This document shows, one piece after another, positions 27,536 to 36,927 of a stretch of DNA of 64,000 nucleotides; the stretch's first letter is position 1, and each line of letters starts with the position of its first letter. The DNA is from Myxococcota bacterium (GTDB lineage Bacteria; Myxococcota; XYA12-FULL-58-9; JABJBS01). A model generated the notes under the pieces. It worked only from the letters and a program-made list of their open reading frames with translations, searched no databases and was not told the DNA's origin. The stretch is taken from positions 21,664-85,663 of the forward strand of contig JAYZAY010000064.1 of the NCBI GenBank assembly GCA_036339465.1, in the 5' to 3' direction. The position numbers and the translations under genes are program-made.

Positions 27536-28651
27536 ATGTCAGACGGCGGTACAGGCGAAAAAACGGAAGAGCCAACCCCGGAGAGGCTTAGAAAACTCCG
27601 AGAAGACGGGAATGTATCCAAAAGTCAGGACGTCACTTCGGCCGTTTCGTTCTTAGTGGTCTTTTGTGTTCTAGCGGGCTCTTTTGGTTTCATCGCTGAG
27701 GAAATCCGTGAGCTGATTGATATAGCATTGATTGGGTTTACCTCGCAGGAAGCCCCCGGAGTTCTTGCCAATCGACTCTTGATGCAGGGAATGATCACCC
27801 TTGGGAAATGCTGCGCCCCTGTGCTAGCCGCTGCATTTATCTTGGGTATTTCCATGAACTTGGCGCAGGTAGGCTTTCTCTTCACTCTGAAGCCCATCAC
27901 ACCAGACATCAAAAAAATTAACCCAATCCAGGGCTTCAAGAACTTAGTGAATATGAAGAAGCTCGTGGAACTCCTTAAAACAATTATAAAATTTACCGCA
28001 ATCAGTATCATTTCGTACTTCGCCCTGAATGACGCAATGCGTGACGTCATTTTAACTATCCGAAGTGACCTCACTATTGGTATGTTGGTTACCGGCGAAA
28101 TTATCTGGGACTTTTGTATCAGAATTGGCGCCGTATTCGTGGTAATTGCGTTGGCAGACGCACTTTACCAAAAAAAGAGGTATATTAAAGATAATAGGAT
28201 GTCGAAATATGACATCAAACAAGAATATAAACAGTCGGAAGGTGACCCCCAGCTTAAAGCCGAGAGGAAACAGCTGCACCGAGAAATGGCCAACGGCTCC
28301 GGTCAAAAGGGAGCTGTAAAAAAGGCGGACGTCGTCGTGAGAAACCCAGATCACATAGCTGTAGCCATCAAGTACAATAAAGAAACAGACGACGCTGCCC
28401 CAACCGTCGTCGCTAAGGGTGAGCGTATTTGGGCGGAGAAAATCCTCGAAGAAGCAAGGCACTACGGGGTTCCAATTGTTCGAAACGTGCCTTTGGCCCA
28501 AGCACTTAATAAAGTAGACGTCGGAAACGAAATCCCCGAAGAACTCTACGATGCGGTAGCTGAAGTGTTGAATTTTGTTTACACCCTTGCAGAAGAGCAA
28601 CAAAATAAGGGTAAAAAGAAACTCCCGAGAGGTAAGAGAAATGGCCAATAA
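27536..28651 (+). CDS. sctU: Export switch protein FlhB/SctU
   Basis: GEKTEEPT..RL...REDG, KINPIQG, EYKQSEGDP, NPDH cleavage-loop variant, PIVRNVPLAQAL. Confidence 0.95.
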   Translation: MSDGGTGEKTEEPTPERLRKLREDGNVSKSQDVTSAVSFLVVFCVLAGSFGFIAEEIRELIDIALIGFTSQEAPGVLANRLLMQGMITLGKCCAPVLAAAFILGISMNLAQVGFLFTLKPITPDIKKINPIQGFKNLVNMKKLVELLKTIIKFTAISIISYFALNDAMRDVILTIRSDLTIGMLVTGEIIWDFCIRIGAVFVVIALADALYQKKRYIKDNRMSKYDIKQEYKQSEGDPQLKAERKQLHREMANGSGQKGAVKKADVVVRNPDHIAVAIKYNKETDDAAPTVVAKGERIWAEKILEEARHYGVPIVRNVPLAQALNKVDVGNEIPEELYDAVAEVLNFVYTLAEEQQNKGKKKLPRGKRNGQ

Positions 28652-29108
28652 TATTAGTAGCTTTAAAGCGTTCACTCAAACTCCGGCGAATATTAGCGAA
28701 CACGGTGCCACCATCGAAGAGCTAAAGTCGCAGGGAACTCCCGACCCCAATCCGCTCGCCAGCCCCATGGCTACCTCAGCAGCAGCGGACGTGGGCTTGG
28801 CCATGAAACCGCGAATAGAAACCCAAAGAGATCCCAACGAACCAATGAGGGTCAATCATTTCAACGGGCCAAGTTACACCCACATGGTGAGTCGAGACGC
28901 AGTCGCAAAATTGGCGAACAATGCACTATTAAACGGTTTGGGTGAAGCACTTGCGAACCCAGAACTCCAAATGAATCTATCCAGCAACGCTAGGAACCAA
29001 CTTCAAAGCCTACTGAGAAAAGTAGGGGCGATGGCCCATGACGTACAGGGGCTAAACAAGCAAGTAGAGCAAATCTACGCCCGTTTCGTCAGCCACCAAC
29101 AAGTATAA
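28641..29108 (+). CDS. Hypothetical protein; candidate SctX-like early substrate
   Basis: Overlaps the sctU stop, gaggt RBS; disordered N-terminus and amphipathic terminal helix; precedes a small TPR chaperone. Confidence 0.4.
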   Translation: MANNISSFKAFTQTPANISEHGATIEELKSQGTPDPNPLASPMATSAAADVGLAMKPRIETQRDPNEPMRVNHFNGPSYTHMVSRDAVAKLANNALLNGLGEALANPELQMNLSSNARNQLQSLLRKVGAMAHDVQGLNKQVEQIYARFVSHQQV

Positions 29109-29164
29109 ACACCCAACACACTCCGCCCCACCTACAAACTCCCACTTTTCTGAAGACCAGATTT

Positions 29165-29668
29165 ATGATAGGCTCCCCTGCCATGTCGACAAATAATTCA
29201 CCAGAAAAAGCGCTGACAGTAGCTGAGGAACGGATCAAGGAACTCGCTGAAGAGTGGGGTTTGGGAAAAGTAAAACTTAAGGATATTGTGGGGCTCTCTC
29301 CTGATGAACTCTACGCAATATCGGCCCAAGGCTATCACTTTTTTCTCCAGGGCAAATCAGAACGCGCTCAAGTCATTTTTGAGGGACTGGCCGCGCTGGA
29401 TCCAACAAATGCGTATTATCACCGAGCGCTTGGGGCGGTCTACTGGAAACAAAAAGACCCCACTAAAGCCCTAAAGCAGTTTGGTTATGCCATTCGTATC
29501 GCCCCAAAAGATGCCTCATCCTATGTTAATAGGGCTGAAGTATTCGTCGCCACCAAACAATTTGCCGAAGCCAAAGCCGATCTAACCAAAGTATTGGCCT
29601 TGGTAACCCCCAGCCAAGAAGCTATTCAACAAAAAGCAAAAGCTATATTACAAATGATAACGGCATGA
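29165..29668 (+). CDS. SycD/LcrH/SctY-type three-TPR T3SS chaperone
   Basis: GLSPDELYAI...GYHFFLQGK...A..IFEGLAALDP...Y..ALG, typical of class II/SctY chaperones; start may be 29183. Confidence 0.8.
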   Translation: MIGSPAMSTNNSPEKALTVAEERIKELAEEWGLGKVKLKDIVGLSPDELYAISAQGYHFFLQGKSERAQVIFEGLAALDPTNAYYHRALGAVYWKQKDPTKALKQFGYAIRIAPKDASSYVNRAEVFVATKQFAEAKADLTKVLALVTPSQEAIQQKAKAILQMITA

Positions 29669-29801
29669 TAACCGATCGGCTCCCTATGCGATCGCTGAAA
29701 AAGTCCAATCAGCGTTGACATAACTACTTCTGAGTTGTTACTCCAATCGTTTAAACTCTCGTTTTTCCTGGCTTTTTAATTGCTACATCGGAGACGTAAG
29801 A

Positions 29802-31811
29802 ATGTCGGAACCTGAACGCCGTAAGCAAAACTTGATCGAGCAACTGACGAAACTTGAAGACAATTATAAAAGTGATCCCAGTAAGCACGGGGCAGCCCTC
29901 GCTGAAGCCTACGTTGATCAGGGTCGCCCAACCGATGCTGTTAAACTACTCGAAAAAAATGGGTTGCCCCAGTCCGTAGACGTTAAACTCCTTTTCGTCC
30001 GAGCACTCTTTGACTCTTTTCAAAATGAAGAAGCCATAGGCATGCTCAAGGAACTAACGCAAAAGGAAGATTTAAGCGATCATCCTGAAGCCCAACTACT
30101 TCTAGGTGAAATGGCTTTTGAAGAAGGCAAGCCCGACGAAGCCAAATCGTATCTCCGAACAGCATACCAACTACGGCCAGATTCGGCCAAAGTCATCAAA
30201 CTTCTCAAAGCCTTGGGCGAGAAGATAGACGCCCCTGATACTTCAGTTGGTAGCGATAATGAGGTCCGAGAATTCAACATCGATGACAGCCAAACAGATA
30301 GTGCAGGCCGCGCAGGCCTTCATATTTTTCTCGGCCTGCTCATCTTTGGTGTGGCTTTTGGCGGATACATTTTATCCGCAAGAAAAAGCCACGAAGCTAA
30401 AACTTTAGCTGCCGAAGCACTCCCAATGCTTGAACGTGGAGACATCAAAACCATGTTGGAGGCAGAGGAAAAATACAATGAGGTCTTTAAAATCGACTCT
30501 ACCAATGATTATGGTGTCGCAGGTATGGCCTACCTCAATTCGTTTCTATGGGCAGTGCACGGCCTAGAAACCGCCAAAGACAAAGCCCTCGATTACACCA
30601 ACCGAGCCATTGAGCAGGATATCCTAAGCGCCGAACGATATGCTGCGGAAGCCTTAGCTGCCGTAGCAAGTGGAGACCAAAAGAAAGCCCAAAGCATTGT
30701 AAAAGCAGTGGCCGAAAAAGGCGGCGTCTCTGACAAACTCTACTTCGCGCTGGGGTTGTCACTGGAGGCTGAAGGTAAAGTCCGAGCCGCTCGTGATAAC
30801 TTTCGCAAGGCCCACGAACTTAAACTTAAATCGCCACACTACGCAACTGCACTCGCCGATGTTTACAATGCAGAAGGCGACGGGCGAAATGCACGGCTTT
30901 TTTGGGCTAGAGCCGCTAAGGCCAACAGTAGTTACGTCATTGGCTCATCTAGAAACCTTTGGGGTAAAGTACAAAGAGGGCAACCCACCGGCCCCATTGA
31001 GAAAGAGCTCAAACGGTACCTGAATTTTCCTGAAGCGCTCGTCGGACCATTCGATAAGAGTGCATTGCTTACCACTCAAGCCGCATTGGCGCTCCGAGAG
31101 GGTAAGAAGGATATCGCCATTCAAAAGCTGGATGCTGCCATCGCTATCAAGGGTGAGATCGCACGGCTATTACATCTCAAAGGCCTCGCATTGTTGGCTT
31201 CGGGTAAAAAAGAAGAGGGTTTTAGCCTCTTACAAAAAGCCAACACGAAACTCCCAAGTAGCTTCAAGTATTTGGAAGCACTCATTGTGAATTACACCGA
31301 ATACGACGAAGCAGATAAAGCGATTGAAATCCTTAGGGCCAAAGAAAAAGACCTAAAAGACGAACCCGAATTTCACGTACTCATGGGAAATGCCTATCGA
31401 GTAAAACAAGATTATCCCAAAGCAGACATTGCTTTCGATAATGCCCTGAAAATTTCAAAGAAATACCCCTACGCTCTCTTGGGTAAGGCGGTGGTTTTAA
31501 AAGACCAGAACAAATATGAAGATGCCATCAAATGGTTCGAAAAAGCTGCCGGCGCCAAAGCCAAGTTTCCTGAGATCTATGAAAACATTGGTATCATGTT
31601 TGTCCTTCTCGGGGACAAGACGGGTGGAGACAAACAATTAGAAGAATCTGAAAAACAACTCACCGCTCTGGGTACTGGAAAACTGGATATGGCTAAATTC
31701 TATTCAAGAGTTGTCACTGCAGTCGGCGCAAAATCATGGACTCTCAAAGTAAAATGGGAAGGAAAGCTGAAAGCCCTAGAAGCTGCCCCAACGAAAACAG
31801 CGGCACAGTGA
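29802..31811 (+). CDS. Bitopic membrane protein with TPR arrays on both sides of one TM helix
   Basis: N-terminal TPRs, TM LHIFLGLLIFGVAFGGYIL (~aa 174-192), long C-terminal TPR array. Confidence 0.8.
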   Translation: MSEPERRKQNLIEQLTKLEDNYKSDPSKHGAALAEAYVDQGRPTDAVKLLEKNGLPQSVDVKLLFVRALFDSFQNEEAIGMLKELTQKEDLSDHPEAQLLLGEMAFEEGKPDEAKSYLRTAYQLRPDSAKVIKLLKALGEKIDAPDTSVGSDNEVREFNIDDSQTDSAGRAGLHIFLGLLIFGVAFGGYILSARKSHEAKTLAAEALPMLERGDIKTMLEAEEKYNEVFKIDSTNDYGVAGMAYLNSFLWAVHGLETAKDKALDYTNRAIEQDILSAERYAAEALAAVASGDQKKAQSIVKAVAEKGGVSDKLYFALGLSLEAEGKVRAARDNFRKAHELKLKSPHYATALADVYNAEGDGRNARLFWARAAKANSSYVIGSSRNLWGKVQRGQPTGPIEKELKRYLNFPEALVGPFDKSALLTTQAALALREGKKDIAIQKLDAAIAIKGEIARLLHLKGLALLASGKKEEGFSLLQKANTKLPSSFKYLEALIVNYTEYDEADKAIEILRAKEKDLKDEPEFHVLMGNAYRVKQDYPKADIAFDNALKISKKYPYALLGKAVVLKDQNKYEDAIKWFEKAAGAKAKFPEIYENIGIMFVLLGDKTGGDKQLEESEKQLTALGTGKLDMAKFYSRVVTAVGAKSWTLKVKWEGKLKALEAAPTKTAAQ

Positions 31812-31818
31812 ATCCGCT

Positions 31819-32247
31819 CTATTGAGCATCTAAGAAGCGGTCACGTTGCTCAAGAGCCGGTAATTCACATCGGCCCTTCTTACCGAACCATCGATATCTG
31901 TTTTTCGCAATTAAATTATAGAGACCATCGCGAATAAACGGTGGCAAGAATAGGAAGGTCTGGCCCAGGCACCATGGGCCTCTGAGATAACCTGTCAATT
32001 TGAGAGCCGCCGTACTCCTAAAATAGAGTTCTCCGTCCTCAAACAAGACTAGGGTATCCTGTTGATCACTTGGTAACCCATGCGACTTTAGATAACCCCT
32101 ACCAATATCAGACTGGAGCGAAGCGAAATAAATATTAGGGGCGCTCTCCCATCTCAGGATAAATTGTACTGTTCCGTGGCAGAAATTACAGACACCATCG
32201 TACAAGACAACTGTTCGAGGAGACTCTGTACAATCCATAGACAACAT
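31819..32247 (-). CDS. DCC1-like thiol-disulfide oxidoreductase (DUF393)
   Basis: YDGVCNFC, FASLQS, RSTAAL, RD..Y..IAKNRYRWFGK. Confidence 0.92.
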   Translation of the reverse strand: MLSMDCTESPRTVVLYDGVCNFCHGTVQFILRWESAPNIYFASLQSDIGRGYLKSHGLPSDQQDTLVLFEDGELYFRSTAALKLTGYLRGPWCLGQTFLFLPPFIRDGLYNLIAKNRYRWFGKKGRCELPALEQRDRFLDAQ

Positions 32248-32867
32248 TATTTAGAATCGGTCCCCTGCGAAGGTGTCTCCTGCTCAACACTCGGCTTGAA
32301 TGAGATCGGGCTATCACTCGCATCATCACTCGCATCATCACTCGCATCATCGAATTGTGGCTGCCAAGTACGAGTTTCCTTACTAAGCCTCATACCTATT
32401 TTGGCTTCAGCTAAATCTTCAGTCCAAATTTCTAAGGTCCGCTCTTCGCCGTTATCCAGCCTAATCACCATTTTATCGACACCCTGTGAATGCTCGCGCT
32501 TAAGAAGTCGAATAATTTTTGCCGAATAGGTTTCTATGTATCTGCCATAAAAATTCGTAAGTTCTAAATCCTGTTCGCTGGGTCCAGTGGCCTTCTTGAC
32601 TCCCAACACCCCCATTGACTTCACAATAATTGTTCCATCGGGAATCGGGACCGATTCCACCCAACGAGGTACCTTAGCGACCAATCCGACCAATATCTCT
32701 CCTCCGCGACTCTCTAGGACAATCCCTCGATAAGTTTCCATCAGCCCATGCAGAAACGGTGCAAAAAGAATAGAAACAACGGCAATTAACACCGGAGTCC
32801 GGTAGTGGCCGAAGCGTCTAAGCCCAGTCATTTGCTTAATGAACTCATCATCATCCTGGTCTGACAT
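32247..32867 (-). CDS. Hypothetical membrane-anchored protein
   Basis: Single N-terminal hydrophobic helix; coupled to its neighbours; DDAS x3 repeat near the C-terminus. Confidence 0.7.
   Translation of the reverse strand: MSDQDDDEFIKQMTGLRRFGHYRTPVLIAVVSILFAPFLHGLMETYRGIVLESRGGEILVGLVAKVPRWVESVPIPDGTIIVKSMGVLGVKKATGPSEQDLELTNFYGRYIETYSAKIIRLLKREHSQGVDKMVIRLDNGEERTLEIWTEDLAEAKIGMRLSKETRTWQPQFDDASDDASDDASDSPISFKPSVEQETPSQGTDSK
32313..32348. repeat. 12-bp coding tandem repeat atcactcgcatc x3 (DDAS)
   Basis: Read directly from the sequence. Confidence 0.9.
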
Positions 32868-32879
32868 CGTTATTGCCCC

Positions 32880-34193
32880 CTAGAGTAACTTCATTTGTCC
32901 ACTGGTGTGATGCCCCAGATTCCGCATAATCGCGGCAGCTTTTGGAAAAGAATCTGAATCACAGTAAAGCCGGGTTAACCCCACAACCTCTTCGAATCGC
33001 TTGTAAAGAGGCGTGTAATCTTCGATTCGGCTAATTCTACCCAACTCGGGCTCTAGGACAACCAAAGGAGGCTGAGTAATGGCCCCATGCTTGAAGTATT
33101 TTGAGAGCACACCTTGACTACTGGATTTCATGAAGTCCACCTTCCCTAAGCTCAACTGCTTCTCAAGAACTTCCGTTGTTGCCTCGTGTCCATAGTTGTG
33201 CTGCTCAAAAAGTAGCCGGTAAGATCTTCGCTCGACGACCCTCTTGGCCCATTCGTTTTCGGACTTACGTAATTGGTTCCACATGAAAACGTCATCCGTG
33301 TTCAGGTATTCGTTGATATCGACAGGTAAGAGATAGCTCACAGAGTGAAAATAACGTTTTAGCATATTGTCGAAACAAACCGGTGTATGATGTAAATACA
33401 CGGCCAGAAACATGTGGTACCGAGCCAATAAAAAGTTTTCGAAGGCCCAAACTCCCCGATGCTTAAGGGCCATCACCCAGTGACCATCCCACTCCAATGC
33501 AGTCAGATTAGAAACAAGCCACTCGTGGTCAAAATTCCCATAATTTACACCACAATAGTAAGCATCCCTCCGTAGATAATCCATGCGATCCGCATCCATC
33601 TCACTGGACACAATTTGATGGAGAATAGGAAGAAAATTATGGCCACCAATCGTAAAGCTCTCCTCTTCATTCACAGGGGCGTGGCCCAATACCAAAGACG
33701 CCAAGTGCCTCCCGGTGATACCAAAATCCTGCATTTGCTCTTCGATAATTTGAGTCAATGGGGAATCAACGAGGATTTTAATTGTATAGTCTTCATGGGT
33801 CGCCTGCCGATTCGTTCCAGTAATCCAATCCGTTAAATTCAAACGAACAACATCTGGCATAACCTTCTCGGTTACATGACTGAAAGGGGCATGGCCTACG
33901 TCATGAAACAAGACCGCTAGCCTCACCATCTGCCGAAAACGTACTTTGTCATTTTCAGCAATTGGCAGGGCAGATAGAACTCGCTCCACCATTTGGGTTG
34001 CCATCTGCATAGCCCCAAGACTATGGGCGTAGCGAGTGTGGGTCGCCCCTGGAAAAGCCAGCTCTGAAAACCCCAGTTGTTTAATATGCCTCAACCGCTG
34101 AAAGGGCTGAGCATCAATCAACGTTATTTCAGCAGGCGTAACTTCAATGGTTCCATGAATTGGATCATGGATGGATATTATCGGTGAGTCCAT
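32880..34193 (-). CDS. HD-superfamily phosphohydrolase (SAMHD1/dNTPase-like)
   Basis: [45 protein letters not shown]; start taken at MDSPII. Confidence 0.92.
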   Translation of the reverse strand: MDSPIISIHDPIHGTIEVTPAEITLIDAQPFQRLRHIKQLGFSELAFPGATHTRYAHSLGAMQMATQMVERVLSALPIAENDKVRFRQMVRLAVLFHDVGHAPFSHVTEKVMPDVVRLNLTDWITGTNRQATHEDYTIKILVDSPLTQIIEEQMQDFGITGRHLASLVLGHAPVNEEESFTIGGHNFLPILHQIVSSEMDADRMDYLRRDAYYCGVNYGNFDHEWLVSNLTALEWDGHWVMALKHRGVWAFENFLLARYHMFLAVYLHHTPVCFDNMLKRYFHSVSYLLPVDINEYLNTDDVFMWNQLRKSENEWAKRVVERRSYRLLFEQHNYGHEATTEVLEKQLSLGKVDFMKSSSQGVLSKYFKHGAITQPPLVVLEPELGRISRIEDYTPLYKRFEEVVGLTRLYCDSDSFPKAAAIMRNLGHHTSGQMKLL

Positions 34194-36927
34194 GGCACTT
34201 CTTATACTTCTTTCCACTTCCACAAGGGCAGGGATCGTTGCGGCCTACCTTGGCGGTATCACGCCTAACAGTCTGCGGTTTGGCCTTCTCCTCATTGAGC
34301 TTCTTAGCGGGTCCTCTCGTCATAAGCTGATCTTGCTTGGCCCTTCTGGCTTCCAAACGTTCTTGATAGTCTTCTTCTGTCTCCGATGTAATTACCACCC
34401 GTGAGCCCTTGAGAATAACATCCGAACCAATTGCAGCCATCATACTTGCAAATAGATTGAATCCCTCCTTTTTATACTCTTGTTTCGGGTCTTTCTGAGC
34501 GTAGCCCCTCAGACTGATTCCCTCCCGAAGGTGGTCCATGGTCCGAAGATGGTCTTTCCACATAGTATCGATGGTTTGGAGATAAATAATGCGCAGTACT
34601 GCAAAATATGCCTCCGAAGTATAATTCTCTTCTTTCTTCTTAATATCTGCTTCAATTTGCCCATATAAAGAATCTTCAAGCGCAACCCGCGTCATGTCCT
34701 CAAGATTAAATTCGGGTTCAAGTGCGAAAAGCTCCTTCGACATTTCTTTGACGCCATCCAAATCCCATTCACCTGGATGCGTTTTGTCAGGACACATTCT
34801 ACCAACCATTCCAATCACCGCGATTTCAACTAAATCGAGATACATCTCCTTGGTCGTATCTTGCTCGGCCCCTATCATCTTGCGACGAAGAGCATAAACA
34901 GCCTTCCTTTGGTCATTCATAACATCATCGTATTCTAGAAGATGCTTACGAATATCAAAGTTGTGCCCCTCTACTTTCCTTTGAGCATTCTCAATACTCT
35001 TATTCACCATGGAATGCTCAATAACCTCTCCTTCCTCCATCCCAACCCGTTCCATCCAACCCTTGATACGATCTCCTCCAAAAATCCGCATCAGGTCATC
35101 TTCAAGGGAAACAAAGAACCGAGAACATCCCGGATCACCCTGACGACCCGCACGCCCCCTAAGTTGATTATCGATCCGGCGAGAATCATGGCGCTCCGAA
35201 CCAATAATACAAAGCCCACCGGCTGCCAGAACCTCGCTCTTCTCCTTTTCACACTGCTCTTTCATCGCCGTGAGAACACGCTCGTAGTGTTCTGCTTCTA
35301 CATTCTCCTGACCACTCAACGACTGCATGGCCAAAAACTCTGGGTTACCGCCTAGAAGGATATCGGTTCCTCGTCCCGCCATATTCGTCGCAATGGTCAC
35401 CGCCGATTTTCGACCTGCCTGAGCGACAACCGTAGCTTCAGAACCATGGTACTTGGCATTCAAAACGTTGTGGTCAATTTTCATATTCCTCAAATAACGG
35501 GAAATTACCTCGCTCTTCTCAACGCTGATTGTCCCCACCAAAACAGGCTGCCCCTTCTTGGAACGCTCCACAACCTCTTCACCAATATGTGCAAACTTCT
35601 CTCGTTCCGTTTTAAACACCAAGTCATTTTCATCCAAACGAGCCAAGGGACGATTCGTCGGAATCACCAGACAATCTAAATCGTAAATGGAAGCAAATTC
35701 TGGAGCTTCAGTTTCCGCTGTTCCCGTCATCCCAGAAAGCTTCAGATACATCCGAAAATAATTTTGGTAAGTGATCGTCGCTAGAGTTTGGTTCTCATTC
35801 TCAATCTTAACCCCTTCTTTAGCCTCCACTGCCTGATGGAGGCCATCGGACCAACGACGACCATCGAGAACCCGTCCCGTGTTTTCATCGATAATTTTTA
35901 CCTTGCCATCAACCACCATATAATCAACATCCCGCTTGAATAAGGTGTGGGCTCGGAGTCCCTGATTAACATGGTGTAAAAGCTCTATATTATCTGGTTC
36001 ATAAAGATTTTCGATCCCCAGTCTTTGCTCAACTTCGTGAATCCCTTTTTCCGTTAACATGGAAGTTCGACTCTTCTCATCAACGGTATAATCTTGTTCC
36101 CTTCTTAGACTGGGAATTATTCTATCAATCTTATTGTATTTATCCGTGCTTTCCTCAGCTGGGCCACTGATGATTAATGGGGTTCGCGCCTCATCAATCA
36201 AAATAGAGTCGACCTCATCCACAATCGCGAAATGATGTCCCCGCTGACTGTAATCACCCAAAAAAAGCTTCATATTGTCTCGAAGATAATCAAAACCAAA
36301 CTCGCTGTTTGTACCGTAGGTAATATCGGCTCCATAGGCAGCTTGCCGCTCCTTATCCGTCAGTCCACTGACAATGCATCCCACAGATAACCCCAAAAAC
36401 CCGTAGAGCTTACCCATCCAAGCAGCATCTCGGCTGGCCAGGTATTCATTGACAGTAATGAGATGGACTCCCCTGCTCGCCAATGCATTGAGATAAACCG
36501 GCAATGTCGCCACCAGGGTCTTACCTTCACCCGTTTTCATTTCCGATATTCGGCCTTCATGGAGAGAAATTCCACCCACCATTTGCACATCGTAGTGACG
36601 CATACCTAAAACGCGACGCCCTGCTTCTCGAACCACGGCAAAAGCTTCCGGCAAAAGCTCACCAAGCGCACGGTCAAGGATCACGCGCTCAGCTTTCAAT
36701 TCATCTTTGGTCTCCTGATAAGTAACACGAGACTTCGGGTCACCACCTAACTTCTCAAAGCTTTCGCTAAAGCGCTTCCGCAGCTCTTCTGTCTTTGCTT
36801 GCAACGCAGTGTCAGGTAAAGCTTTGAGCTTAGGTTCCCATTCATTGATTTGGTCCACGAGAACCAGGATCCGTTTAAGCTCTCGGTCGTTCTTTGTTGG
36901 AATTATCTTCCGCCACCAACTCGCCAT
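34165..36927 (-). CDS. secA: Preprotein translocase ATPase SecA
   Basis: [68 protein letters not shown]. Confidence 0.99.
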   Translation of the reverse strand: MASWWRKIIPTKNDRELKRILVLVDQINEWEPKLKALPDTALQAKTEELRKRFSESFEKLGGDPKSRVTYQETKDELKAERVILDRALGELLPEAFAVVREAGRRVLGMRHYDVQMVGGISLHEGRISEMKTGEGKTLVATLPVYLNALASRGVHLITVNEYLASRDAAWMGKLYGFLGLSVGCIVSGLTDKERQAAYGADITYGTNSEFGFDYLRDNMKLFLGDYSQRGHHFAIVDEVDSILIDEARTPLIISGPAEESTDKYNKIDRIIPSLRREQDYTVDEKSRTSMLTEKGIHEVEQRLGIENLYEPDNIELLHHVNQGLRAHTLFKRDVDYMVVDGKVKIIDENTGRVLDGRRWSDGLHQAVEAKEGVKIENENQTLATITYQNYFRMYLKLSGMTGTAETEAPEFASIYDLDCLVIPTNRPLARLDENDLVFKTEREKFAHIGEEVVERSKKGQPVLVGTISVEKSEVISRYLRNMKIDHNVLNAKYHGSEATVVAQAGRKSAVTIATNMAGRGTDILLGGNPEFLAMQSLSGQENVEAEHYERVLTAMKEQCEKEKSEVLAAGGLCIIGSERHDSRRIDNQLRGRAGRQGDPGCSRFFVSLEDDLMRIFGGDRIKGWMERVGMEEGEVIEHSMVNKSIENAQRKVEGHNFDIRKHLLEYDDVMNDQRKAVYALRRKMIGAEQDTTKEMYLDLVEIAVIGMVGRMCPDKTHPGEWDLDGVKEMSKELFALEPEFNLEDMTRVALEDSLYGQIEADIKKKEENYTSEAYFAVLRIIYLQTIDTMWKDHLRTMDHLREGISLRGYAQKDPKQEYKKEGFNLFASMMAAIGSDVILKGSRVVITSETEEDYQERLEARRAKQDQLMTRGPAKKLNEEKAKPQTVRRDTAKVGRNDPCPCGSGKKYKKCHGLTDNIHP

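Noticed and set aside
14548..29668. Flagellar gene cluster
   Set aside because: SctJ-type lipoprotein rather than FliF; no fliE, flgBC, hook, flagellin or mot genes in the window; single fused SctQ
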